64,000 nt of DNA, from contig JBFJCP010000004.1 in the NCBI GenBank assembly GCA_041615815.1, forward strand, positions 64,001 through 128,000. The letters run 5' to 3'. The number at the start of each line of letters is the position of its first letter. Position 1 is the first letter of the stretch. Positions 38,201 to 46,850 of this stretch are shown here, one piece after another. Below the pieces are notes generated by a model. It ran no database searches. It saw only the letters and a list, made by a program, of their open reading frames with translations, and was not told the DNA's origin. The DNA is from Gemmatimonadales bacterium. GTDB lineage: Bacteria > Gemmatimonadota > Gemmatimonadetes > Gemmatimonadales > GWC2-71-9. Both the position numbers and the translations under genes were made by a program.

Positions 38201-39557
38201 AGCAGGCCACCGCGAAGCTCGTCGAGGCCGTACCGCTGTAGGGCACGGTCACGGTCACCGGGTTCGCGCCACTGACGCTGCAGTTTCCAGCCAAACCGGT
38301 GAGCTCGACGCTGCGATTGCCTTCCGCCACGCCGGTGATCGTCACCGTGCCGTTGATCCCGATGGTCTGGCTTTGACTCCCATCGATCACGACCGTGTAC
38401 CCGTCCGGATCTGGGTCGGTGCCGGTTGTCGCGGTGGACACGTCGAGGCTCCCGACGCGGGGGATGCACTGCACGGCGAACGTGGCGGACCCCGATCCGC
38501 CCGGTGGCACATCGGCGCTCACCGGATTGGCGCTGGTCACGGAGCAGTTCTCCGCCACGCCGGACAGCTCGACGCTATGCGTCCCGTCGTCCAGGTCGGC
38601 AAACACGGCGGTCCCGTTGGTCGTCACGGACTGGCTCTGCACGCCGTCCAGCGTGACCACGTAGCCATCAGGGTCGAGATCGGTCCCCGTGGTCGCGACC
38701 GTTACGCTCAGCCCACCCTTCAGTGGAACGCACTGAACCGCGAATGTGAGGGTGGCCGTGCCACCAGGTGGCACATCGGCGTTGGCCGGGTTCGCGCCCG
38801 TGACGGCGCAGTTCCCCGCGATACCCGTGATCTCCACCGTATGCGGACCATCCGGGAGATCGGTGAACAAGACACTGCCATTGGCGTCGATGGCCTGACT
38901 CACGGCGGCCGCCGCCGCAGGTGCGGGGGCAGCGGTGGCGTCGGGGCGGATTGGCCGAGCACCGGCAGTCCCGGTGCGGCCTCGGAGGTTGGCATCGAAA
39001 GCGGTGGGATCGTCGTCGACCCGGTCGTCGGGCGCCGAGGTCGCTGACGGCGGGGACGGGCTGATCTGGGTGACGGTGACCATGTAGCCGTCCGGATCCA
39101 GATCCTCACCGGAAGTGGCCATGTCGACCTGGAGATCGCCCACGAACGTGGAGCAACTGACGTTCATGCGGGTCGTCCCGCCGGTCCCGTCCTGGATCAC
39201 CACCGTGCGAGGGTGTTCGCCGAGGATCGTGCAGTTGCTTGCCACGCCGCTCAGGGCGACGGTGTGACTCCCCGCCGCAAGCCCGCCAATGGTGGCCGAG
39301 CCGTTGGCCGGAATGTCCCGGGTAATGGTCCCGTCGATGGTGGCGGTATAGCCGTCCGGATCGATGTCGTCACCGGACGTGACGATCTGAACGAAGAGCG
39401 CAAACCGCGGCTCACCCGGACCGGTCTGCCTTTCTCCCGCACAGCGGGCCACGAGCACGGACAGGGCGATGTAGCCGAAGGAACGCAAGAGCACGCCCCA
39501 TAGGCGCCGAAGACGGGGGCGGGCATCCCTCGGTTCTGGAGTCGTTGCAGCCTTCAC
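35241..39557 (-). CDS. large surface (lipo)protein with 12 beta-rich Cys-paired repeats and a C-terminal calcineurin-like metallophosphoesterase
   Basis: Signal region ending LVAR-C, 12 copies of the D.DP[DN]GY repeat, and C-terminal AGDI, LGDH, GNHEY, WHSP and GDGHFYER motifs. Confidence 0.85.
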   Translation of the reverse strand: MKAATTPEPRDARPRLRRLWGVLLRSFGYIALSVLVARCAGERQTGPGEPRFALFVQIVTSGDDIDPDGYTATIDGTITRDIPANGSATIGGLAAGSHTVALSGVASNCTILGEHPRTVVIQDGTGGTTRMNVSCSTFVGDLQVDMATSGEDLDPDGYMVTVTQISPSPPSATSAPDDRVDDDPTAFDANLRGRTGTAGARPIRPDATAAPAPAAAAAVSQAIDANGSVLFTDLPDGPHTVEITGIAGNCAVTGANPANADVPPGGTATLTFAVQCVPLKGGLSVTVATTGTDLDPDGYVVTLDGVQSQSVTTNGTAVFADLDDGTHSVELSGVAENCSVTSANPVSADVPPGGSGSATFAVQCIPRVGSLDVSTATTGTDPDPDGYTVVIDGSQSQTIGINGTVTITGVAEGNRSVELTGLAGNCSVSGANPVTVTVPYSGTASTSFAVACSDRLGDLSVTVTTTGSDQDPDGYSVTVDGTLTQTVATNGSVTFTGLAEGNHSVELTGLAGNCTVSGSNPQTASVPFAATGTATFTVNCAARTGTLDVTTATTGDDLDPDGYTITVDGTQSRSIGINATVTFTGLTEGDHAVQLTGVINNCTVTSANPDTVTVPFNGSAATSFSVTCSDRTGDLTVTTNTTGVDLDPNGYTVSVDGAQNQTIATNGSVTFTGLAEGLHTITLTGIAGNCTLSGINPRQANVPFQGTGTSTFDLTCTQRLGNLGVTTRTTGTDLDPDGYTVTVDGSVSQSVAINATTTFQGLTEGNHSVELTGLAGNCSVTSTNPVTANVPFNATATTSFDVNCVNRTGNLDVTTVSTGVDIDPDGYSVAVDGGTPQAILANGTVSFAGLDEGAHSVQLTGLEGNCTVTSTNPVTVTVPFSGTATTTFTVNCVERLGDLRIITTTSGTDLDPNGYAVTVDAGTPSAIGLADTLLFTGLDEASHTVELTGLDNNCTVSGSNPRTVSVPYAGTASTTFSITCAPLLGNLDVSVTTLGDSLDPDGYTVTVDGSQSQAIGINGTVTFVDLDDGNHSVQLSGARANCTVGGANPATATVPANGTGSHSWTVTCVPYEGTLNVVITTTGTDLDPDGYSVTVDGSTTQPSGTNQTVTFTNLAVGQHSIAISGRQDNCNVLGGNPQTATVAYNTTTSYAMEVRCLAFEQVMLGAGDIIGAAGDTTGASQTAAMLDQIGAAATIFTLGDHVPSGTAAQFNTLYHPTWGRHRDRTRPTIGNHEYDVNPQASPYWDYWDPDGDGLPAGARGQGYYAYNLGAWRVIVLNSEIAIGAGSAQLTWLQNELATTQKLCTLAYWHSPRYSSGPQTAPGDANLQAVWDALYSAGVELVLNGDGHFYERYARQNPSGVADPVFGIRQFIVGTGGSPLRTISPGQIQPNSQVRIDNTWGILKLQLHQNSYDWEFLGAPNASSSPLDSSFGETCHGAP
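36090..39400 (-). repeat. 12 tandem coding repeats of about 88 aa
   Basis: Consensus G.L.V...TTG.D.DPDGY.V.VDG.....I..NG.V.F.GL..G.H.V.LTG...NC.V...NP....VP..GT....F.V.C. Copy 2 carries a low-complexity insertion. Confidence 0.9.
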
Positions 39558-39774
39558 GATGTCAGGGCGCTTTCGAAGGGGTTCCCATTTTTTAAGTGAT
39601 TACGCGCCTGACACGATTGGAAAAAGCGTACCCGATTAGGATAAGTCTCTGTGCCGGCTACGCTTGACCCCTTGGAGAGCCGTCTCGACCCGGTGTCTGA
39701 TCGTTGCAGGATTGCAACAAGGGGAGGTACCGACTGTGGGGTTTTGTCCTTCTGGCCGTCGATGTGCCATGCGC

Positions 39775-41532
39775 TCAGGCTGATCGCAAGCGGCGCTCCG
39801 CGGAGTAGGGGAAGACGTCGGGGACGTCGTCGGCAGCGTGGCGCTCCTGCAGGCGCTGCCAGAACGCGGGATGGAAGAGACAGGAATGCGTCTCGAGGAA
39901 GAGGCGACGGAGCGCACCGCCCAGGCTCAAGAATCGAGACAGCTCCTCGGGAAACACGTCGTGGGGGTTCACGTGGAACCAGGGTTCGGCCGCCATCTCG
40001 TCTTCGGGGTACCGGGGCTCTGGGAGGTCTCGGAAGGTGCACTCGCTGAGGAGGCACAGTTCGTCGTAGTCGTAGAAGATGACGCGTCCGTGGCGCGTCA
40101 CGCCGAAGTTCTTGAGCAAGAGGTCACCGGGAAACACGTTGGTCATCGCGAGATCGCGAATGGCTTGACCGTAGTCGAGGACCGCGCGGCGAGCGCTCTC
40201 GGGATCGGCATCCCGCAGGTAGAGATCGAGCGGTCGGACCCGCCGTTCGGTGTAAAGGTGCGAAATCACGACGCGATTGCCTTCGAGCCGCACGGTGTGC
40301 GAGGCTCCCGACAGGAGTTCATCGAGGAGCTCGGGTGAGAAGCGTTGGCGGTCAAAGGTCAGGTGTTCGAACTCCTGGGCGTCCACGAGACGGCCGGCGC
40401 GGTCGTGTTCGAAGACCAAGCGATACCGGCGACGCACCTGGTCGCGTGTGGTCTGCTTGGGGTAGGCGAAACGATCGCGAATGACCTTGAAGACGACGTC
40501 GTGCGACGCCATGGTGAAGACGATCATCACGAGGCCGCGTGTTCCCGGAGCGACGACGAAGTGGTCGTCCGAACGCGCCAGGCGGCGGCGGAGGTTGCGG
40601 TAGAACTCCGTTTTCCCGTGTTTATTATGGCCCAGCGCAGTGTAGAGCTCCGCAACGGGCTTCAGCGGCATGAGGGATCGGAGAAACTGGATGGTCTCTG
40701 CGGCTGATCGTACGTCTGCATGAAAATACGAACGCGTGAAGCTGAAGGCGATGCTGACGTCTTCTTCGGTGAGGAGGGCGGCATCCACGGCGATGCGGTC
40801 GTCGGTATGGGTGAGTGCGAGCACCATCGGCATGACACGGTTACCGCCGCGCACCCGTCCCACGAGGTACGCTGCTTTCCGCCGGTAGAACACGGCGTCC
40901 AGCACGTCGATGGCTTCGAACGGGACGGGAGCCACCCCGGCGGCCCACCGTGAGACGATCCGTTTCGCCACCAAGTGTGCGTCCTCCTCGAGATCCCGGT
41001 AGGGCACGGCAAAAGAGTGATGTTCCAGGATGGACCGGACGACGTCGCGCGGTGAATCTTCCACCACGTACGTGCGATACGGCCGGTCACCGATACCCAC
41101 AAGCACACGCTCGAATTCGAAGTCCACGTACTCGATGGCCGGGTTGACCCCAACGGTGGTGAAGATCCGACGGGTGACGGAGTTGAAGAACGTCTCGGCC
41201 AGCTCCATGCTCGGGTCGCCGGCGATCTGCTCGGAGTAGTGGTCTCGCATTTGGGCCCAGACCGCCGCATCCCGTTCCCGCTCACCCAATAGCGCCTGGA
41301 TCTCCGCAATCAACGGATCCAGGACCTGTCCGTAGAGTGTCAGGCGTTCACGGGCATCGGCCTGCATCCCGCGCCAGTCTCGGTTCTCGAACCGTGTCTT
41401 GGCACGCCGCGTGATCTCTCGAAAGCGCTGGGAATACTCCTCGTATCCGCGCAACATGACGCTGGCGCCCGCAGACGCGTCGATCCCGGCGGGGTAGGGG
41501 TCCTTCGAGTGCGCGCGGATGGGGGCTGTCAC
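39775..41532 (-). CDS. aceK: bifunctional isocitrate dehydrogenase kinase/phosphatase
   Basis: Motifs ELAETFFNSV, FSFTRSYF, KHGKTEFYR, APGTRGLVM, HDRAGRLVD and FPGDLLLKNFGVTRHGRVIFYDYDE. The start codon is uncertain. Confidence 0.95.
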   Translation of the reverse strand: MTAPIRAHSKDPYPAGIDASAGASVMLRGYEEYSQRFREITRRAKTRFENRDWRGMQADARERLTLYGQVLDPLIAEIQALLGERERDAAVWAQMRDHYSEQIAGDPSMELAETFFNSVTRRIFTTVGVNPAIEYVDFEFERVLVGIGDRPYRTYVVEDSPRDVVRSILEHHSFAVPYRDLEEDAHLVAKRIVSRWAAGVAPVPFEAIDVLDAVFYRRKAAYLVGRVRGGNRVMPMVLALTHTDDRIAVDAALLTEEDVSIAFSFTRSYFHADVRSAAETIQFLRSLMPLKPVAELYTALGHNKHGKTEFYRNLRRRLARSDDHFVVAPGTRGLVMIVFTMASHDVVFKVIRDRFAYPKQTTRDQVRRRYRLVFEHDRAGRLVDAQEFEHLTFDRQRFSPELLDELLSGASHTVRLEGNRVVISHLYTERRVRPLDLYLRDADPESARRAVLDYGQAIRDLAMTNVFPGDLLLKNFGVTRHGRVIFYDYDELCLLSECTFRDLPEPRYPEDEMAAEPWFHVNPHDVFPEELSRFLSLGGALRRLFLETHSCLFHPAFWQRLQERHAADDVPDVFPYSAERRLRSA

Positions 41533-41645
41533 CGGAGCCGGCCTTTCGCAGATGCTCGCGTTGGGCCGAATCAGGAAGCAAGGCCTGTGCCCCCCGCCAT
41601 CCCGGGTCGGGTGCCCGGCCCCGGGGGGAGGCATGGGCGGTGGAG

Positions 41646-43904
41646 CTACCGATCTGTCGAGAGCAGCTCCTGGGCTCGATCGAGCGCCTGGCGAAGCCGG
41701 TCCAGCGCCTTAGCGGTCCGCTCCATCTGGGCGTTCACGTCGTCCCATTGGCGTTGCTCGATGGCTTCCCGAATCCCGGGGAGCGTCTTGACGCCATATC
41801 CGGTGTAGTAGCCGGGCGCGTAGATCGTATGTCGGAACCACGGCCGGCGGGGGAGTCCGTCATCCGCCGACAGCATGCGTTCGGTGGAGATGAGGATCCG
41901 GTTCAGCCGCTGCGCGTCCTGGGACCGCACGCTGCCGTCAGCCATCGCCCTGGCGAGCGCCCGGTCGTACTGTTCCGCCGTTCGCTGCAGCGCCGCCTGC
42001 GCATTCTGCAGTGGGGCGAAGTTGAGAAAGGGCACGGGCTCCTTGGGCTCCGGAGGCACATAGGTCTCCGTGGGGTCTGCCGCCAGCACATACGCACGCT
42101 CTGCCACCAGCGCATTCTCCCGTCGTGTCTGTTCGCGCATCTCGTGCGCCAGATCCATCACCTCCCCGACGTAGCGGTCCACGTGACCGGCCAGATTACC
42201 GAACCGGAACGGCAACACGTCTGCGTTGGCCAAGCGTAGCGTGATGCGACCCGTGGTCTGGGCGAGCGTCACGCCATACGTGAAGCCGGGATCCCGAAAT
42301 CGCGAGTAGTGATCGAACGAGTCGAAGACCGAATGGTAGGAGCCGCCGTCGCCCTCACCGCCGTAACTGATGTTGAGGGAGGCAATGCCAAGATGCTGGA
42401 GGAATGGGGTGTAGTCCGATCCCGATCCCAGCGGCGCGATCGGGACATCGCCGCTCGGTCCCGGCACCGTATCTCCGTGAATGCGCCGCCGAGCGATGAG
42501 GCGTTCGGCGACGCTGACCTTCGTCTGTGGATCGACGACGTCGCTCGCAACTTCGTTGACGATCCGCTCGAGGCTATGGGAGCCCCCGGCGGACAAGAAC
42601 CCCCGACTACTGCCGTCGGTGTTGATGTAGGCGACCGCCTTCTCACGGAGTTCCCGGGCATGGTGTTCCGCCCACTCCGTGGAGCCCAGGAGCCCTGGCT
42701 CCTCCGCGTCCCAACCGGCGTAGATGATCGTACGCTTGGGGCGCCAGCCTGACTTGGCGAGCAGACCAATGGCCCGAGCCTCAGCCAGCAGCGACACCAT
42801 ACCGCTCAGTGGGTCGGCGGCGCCGAATACCCAGGCATCGTGATGGTTCCCCCGCAGGACCCATTGATCGGGATCCTGGGCGCCGTCGAGCCGCGCGATC
42901 ACATCGTATGCCGGCTGCAGGTCCCAGTGGAACTCGAGTTGTAGGTGCACCGCTGCGGGCCCGGGTCCGAGGTGATACGTGATCGGTAAGGCCCCCCGCC
43001 ATGACGGCGGTGCCACGGGGCCCGCGATGGCCTCGAGGAGGGGCTTGGCGTCTGCGTACGAGATAGGGAGGACGGGAATCTTCATCACCGTGGGAGATTC
43101 CGCGGGCGTCATGCGTGCGGCATCGCGCGTTGCACCGACGAACGGCGTCAGCGGATCGCCAGGAAACGTGGGCATATCCGCCACGGAGCCGCGCTGAGCG
43201 CCGTGCTCCATGCGCCACGGTCCGCCGGGATACACCTCGCCCTGCCAATATCCGTCGTCCAGTGGGTCGGAGTAGAGAATGCAGCCGATGGCGCCGTGTT
43301 CCGCGGCCACCTTGGGCTTGATTCCTCGCCATGATCCTCCGTAGCGGGCGATGACGATCTTCCCTTCGACGCTGATGCCGCGGCGCGCCAGCTCTTCGTA
43401 GTCTGCGGGAACCCCATAGTTCACGTACACCAGCTCACCGGTGACATCGCCATCGGCGGAGTACGCGTTGTACGGTGGGAGCCGACCATCGGTGATGCGC
43501 GAGGTCGCGTCGCGCTCGAGAGCCGGCTCGGCCAGCTGTGGCGCGAACCGGTACGGCTCCACCATTTCCAGCAGTCGGGTCTTGGGCGTCGGAAACAGGA
43601 CGTGGAAAGTGTCAATGCGTACTTGATACCCCCATTCCCGAAACTGAGACGCCATCCACTCGGCGTTTCGTTTCGTGTGGGGCGCGCCCACATGATTGGG
43701 GCCTGACGACATCTCCTTGTTCCAGTCACGGAGCAGCCGGGCATCCAGGTAGGAGTCGAAGCGGGCTTCCAGTGCGCGTTGCGCAACCGTGCCCTCTGCC
43801 GTGAATCCGAGGATGATCCCGTCGTTCAGGGTGCCGGGAGCGAAGGCGAGGAGGGTCGCGGCCGCCATGCCCGCGAACAGCGAACGGCGATGAGTCGATC
43901 TCAT
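41646..43904 (-). CDS. M28 peptidase, glutamate carboxypeptidase II/NAALADase-like (PA and TfR dimerisation domains)
   Basis: Signal peptide; motifs YVNYG, NHHDAWVFGAADP, WDAEE, GSGSDY, YHS and RPWFRH. Confidence 0.92.
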   Translation of the reverse strand: MRSTHRRSLFAGMAAATLLAFAPGTLNDGIILGFTAEGTVAQRALEARFDSYLDARLLRDWNKEMSSGPNHVGAPHTKRNAEWMASQFREWGYQVRIDTFHVLFPTPKTRLLEMVEPYRFAPQLAEPALERDATSRITDGRLPPYNAYSADGDVTGELVYVNYGVPADYEELARRGISVEGKIVIARYGGSWRGIKPKVAAEHGAIGCILYSDPLDDGYWQGEVYPGGPWRMEHGAQRGSVADMPTFPGDPLTPFVGATRDAARMTPAESPTVMKIPVLPISYADAKPLLEAIAGPVAPPSWRGALPITYHLGPGPAAVHLQLEFHWDLQPAYDVIARLDGAQDPDQWVLRGNHHDAWVFGAADPLSGMVSLLAEARAIGLLAKSGWRPKRTIIYAGWDAEEPGLLGSTEWAEHHARELREKAVAYINTDGSSRGFLSAGGSHSLERIVNEVASDVVDPQTKVSVAERLIARRRIHGDTVPGPSGDVPIAPLGSGSDYTPFLQHLGIASLNISYGGEGDGGSYHSVFDSFDHYSRFRDPGFTYGVTLAQTTGRITLRLANADVLPFRFGNLAGHVDRYVGEVMDLAHEMREQTRRENALVAERAYVLAADPTETYVPPEPKEPVPFLNFAPLQNAQAALQRTAEQYDRALARAMADGSVRSQDAQRLNRILISTERMLSADDGLPRRPWFRHTIYAPGYYTGYGVKTLPGIREAIEQRQWDDVNAQMERTAKALDRLRQALDRAQELLSTDR

Positions 43905-44041
43905 GAGCACTCCTCAAGAAACTCGGGTGAACGCAGGGACCCCGTAACGGGCAGCATGGCAAGGCGGAACGCCGACGGGCAATATAGAGGTGAGCGGTGG
44001 CAAGCGCAGCCGTGGACCGGTGCTCCGAGCCGGCTTGAAAC

Positions 44042-45235
44042 TCAGCCGCGCTGGACCCACTCCCGCGCCAGCTGGATTACCCGATCCACGTCGTCATCGT
44101 TGTTGTACAGGTGCAGCGAGAAGCGCAGGACTCCGCGGCGGATCGAGAAGCGAACGCCCTTGGATCGGAGAAACTCGTACAGACGGTTCATGGCCGGATC
44201 GTCGGCGGAGTCGTGGCGTCCGCCGCCACTCGTGCCGACGGCGACAATGTGTCCCAAGTGCAGTCCGGGGGCTCCGCCGCATACGGGGAGATCCAAGGCG
44301 CGGAGACCGGTCGCCAATCGATTCGCGAGTTGCCGAACGTGTGTGTCGATGTGTTTCGATCCGAGGTCCAGTAGCAACCCGAGAGACGCGTCGATCGCCA
44401 CGGCCCCGAGGTAGTTGTAGTTTCCGAGGTCGAAGCGGCGGGCACCGGCAGCCAGCACCAACTCGCTGGCGTTCATGGCGGTCTCGTGGGCGTCACGGCC
44501 CAGGTCGACCCCAAACCGGGCCAGATAGGCAGGGCTGACCCGGTCGATGGCCTCCCGCCTCACGTAGAGAAACCCCATGCCGTAGAACGCCAGCAGCCCT
44601 TTCTGCGTGGCGGCCGCGAGTCCGTGAGCCCCGAGGGTGCGAACATCGGTGTGGAGCACGCCCACGGATTGGGCCGCGTCCAGCAAGAGAAACGCGCCAC
44701 GATCCTCGCATGCCCGAGCGACGGGAGCGATATCGGTGATGAAGCCTGGCGAAAACGAGACGGTGGGAAGGGTGACGAGACGAGTTCTGCCATCCATGGC
44801 TGCCAGCATTCCTTCGACTGGAAGCCTGCCGTCCACCGTGGGCACCGCTCGGACCTCGACTCCGAGTCGTCGTTTGAGGTTCAGCCAGGGATAGACGTTG
44901 TTGGGGTGTTCGATCTCGGGACAGAAGACGAGGTTGTCGCCGGGTTTCCACGTCAGACCGGCCGCCACGATATTCAGTCCTTCCGAGGTGTTCTTGGTGA
45001 TGGCAATCTCGTCCGCGCTCGCACCGATGAGTGACGCAAGACGGTGTCGGGCGCGCTCGACGGTGTCGAAGGCCGCCCGCTTATTCTCGGCGCCGGCTAT
45101 CCGTTCCTCCAAGTACCGATCGACGGCGCCTTTCGTATCCGTCGACAACAGGCCACGAACCGACACGTCCATGTAGATGCCCTGTTCGGCGCCAGGAAAG
45201 AGCTGCCGCGCACGCACAAAACGCGCCTCGCTCAT
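44042..45235 (-). CDS. class V PLP-dependent aminotransferase/desulfurase-like enzyme
   Basis: Motifs NTSEGLN, EHPNN, LDAAQSVG, ATQKGLL (PLP Lys) and RFSLHLYN. Confidence 0.88.
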   Translation of the reverse strand: MSEARFVRARQLFPGAEQGIYMDVSVRGLLSTDTKGAVDRYLEERIAGAENKRAAFDTVERARHRLASLIGASADEIAITKNTSEGLNIVAAGLTWKPGDNLVFCPEIEHPNNVYPWLNLKRRLGVEVRAVPTVDGRLPVEGMLAAMDGRTRLVTLPTVSFSPGFITDIAPVARACEDRGAFLLLDAAQSVGVLHTDVRTLGAHGLAAATQKGLLAFYGMGFLYVRREAIDRVSPAYLARFGVDLGRDAHETAMNASELVLAAGARRFDLGNYNYLGAVAIDASLGLLLDLGSKHIDTHVRQLANRLATGLRALDLPVCGGAPGLHLGHIVAVGTSGGGRHDSADDPAMNRLYEFLRSKGVRFSIRRGVLRFSLHLYNNDDDVDRVIQLAREWVQRG

Positions 45236-46458
45236 GACCAACCCTCCGAATGCGCCACGATGGTCGTTCCAACCAAGTCACCCATGACGTTGATGGTCGT
45301 ATTCCCCATGTCGATCAACCGATAGATGCCGCCGACGATTGCGGCGATCTCGAGTGGTAGATTGAACGCCTCCACGAAAATGAGCGCAATCACCAGCCCA
45401 CCTCCCGGAATGCCCCCTGAGCCCTCGGACAGAAGCAATCCTACTAGGATGATTGTCAATTGCGACGCGAGGCTGAACTCGATCCCAGCTGCTTGTGCGG
45501 TGAACAACAGTACCCCCGAGAGCATGATGGCCGTTCCGTCCTTATTGATCTGTGCGCCCAACGGAAGCGTGAAGGTGTAGATGCTGCGAGGGAGATGGAG
45601 GCGCTCTTCGGCCATCTCGAAGGCCACGACCAGGCTGGCCAAGCTGCTACACGTTGCAGCGGTCGTGGCGTAGAGCGGCCCCGTCCGGCGGAGAAACGAC
45701 AATGGCGATCGTTTCGTCACCCCGGCGAGGAGCGTCAAATAGATCACGACCATCGCGAGCTGTGCGCCATACACTCCTCCCAAGAAGAGGGCCAGTGGGC
45801 CAAAGAGTTGAGCCCCGTAGAGTCCCACGGTGCTCGCGGCCAACGCACCAATTCCCAGCGGCGCGGTGTAGAGGATCAGGTCCACTAGTTTGCGCAAAAC
45901 CTCCGCCAAGAGTGCAAACGTTTGTTGCAGCGGCTCCCGTTTGTCCGTGGGCAGAAGCACGGTGGCGATACCGAGCATCACGGCGAAGACGACGATCTGT
46001 GCCACCTGACCACTGCTGAAGGCGTGAAACACGTTCTCCGGAATGAGATCGACGAACACGTCCGTGACTCTTGGAACCTGACCGAAGCTCTCGTCCACCG
46101 GCTCCGTGAGCTGCATCCCAACGCCCGGGCGGAGCAAGTGCATGGCGGTAAGGCCCAAGGTCAACGCGATCGTCGTGGTCACCAGATAGTAGAGGACGAT
46201 CTTTCCGCCAATGCGACCCAGCATCTTGACGTCCGTCAGGCTGGTCATGCCCGCCAGGAGATTGAAAAAGACCAGCGGGATAGCCGCCATCAGCAGCAAG
46301 CGAATGAACAGATCACCGACGGGTTGGACGATTTGCGCCCGCTCGCCGACGATGATGCCGGCGATGACACCCACGGCCATGAACAGCAGGATCTTGACCC
46401 CTAGCGAGAGGCGGCGGTACCGCTCCCAGAGTTTCCCGGCTGCTGTCGGGTTGGTCAC
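45232..46458 (-). CDS. dicarboxylate/amino acid:cation symporter (DAACS)
   Basis: Motifs GDLFIRLL, TCSS, LPLGAQINKDG, GIPGGG and DMGNTTINVMGD. Confidence 0.93.
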   Translation of the reverse strand: MTNPTAAGKLWERYRRLSLGVKILLFMAVGVIAGIIVGERAQIVQPVGDLFIRLLLMAAIPLVFFNLLAGMTSLTDVKMLGRIGGKIVLYYLVTTTIALTLGLTAMHLLRPGVGMQLTEPVDESFGQVPRVTDVFVDLIPENVFHAFSSGQVAQIVVFAVMLGIATVLLPTDKREPLQQTFALLAEVLRKLVDLILYTAPLGIGALAASTVGLYGAQLFGPLALFLGGVYGAQLAMVVIYLTLLAGVTKRSPLSFLRRTGPLYATTAATCSSLASLVVAFEMAEERLHLPRSIYTFTLPLGAQINKDGTAIMLSGVLLFTAQAAGIEFSLASQLTIILVGLLLSEGSGGIPGGGLVIALIFVEAFNLPLEIAAIVGGIYRLIDMGNTTINVMGDLVGTTIVAHSEGWS

Positions 46459-46850
46459 GTTTGCGCGGTCGGTGCAGCAGGCATGGGACCCGTAGTGTGC
46501 GTGCGAGATGTTCCCCGCGCCAGCGGTCGGTCCCGAAGGCCGTCATCCGCGGAGGGCGGTTGCGACGGCCCCGCGGTCTTTGGCTCGCGCTCCGTCCCGA
46601 GCATGTTGTTTCGCGGGTGGCCGCGGTCGTGGCGGCCCACTAGATTCGCAACGAGTCCACCGCGTGACTCGTTCTTCTCTGACCTCTCAACTGCCGTTGG
46701 GGCCTTCATGCGAGTATCGATCGTTACACTCGCCATCGCGACCGTCGTCGTTCCGTGCTCTTCGCGTGGGGTGACCCTCGCGCAGGAGCACCGGCACCAG
46801 ACCGCCAAAACCGTGGCACGCGCTCTGGTTGGTGAGGGATAGCGTCACCC

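Noticed and set aside
35517..39047. Long plus-strand ORFs (624 aa and 508 aa) opposite the repeat protein, and many similar long antisense ORFs across the window
   Set aside because: These are shadow ORFs from high-GC codon bias. They have no motifs and fully overlap well-supported genes.
36090..39400. Tandem DNA repeats that could suggest a CRISPR array or a diversity-generating cassette
   Set aside because: They are in-frame, diverged protein-domain repeats of ~265 nt with no spacers and no nearby reverse transcriptase or recombinase.
46508..46535. ATGTTCCCCGCGCCAGCGGTCGGTCCCG resembles a type I-E CRISPR repeat (TGTTCCCCGCGCCAGCGG core)
   Set aside because: It is a single copy, the 3' arm of the hairpin is broken, no repeat recurs at ~61-nt spacing, and there are no cas genes. 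Chance in GC-rich DNA or an orphan relic cannot be distinguished.
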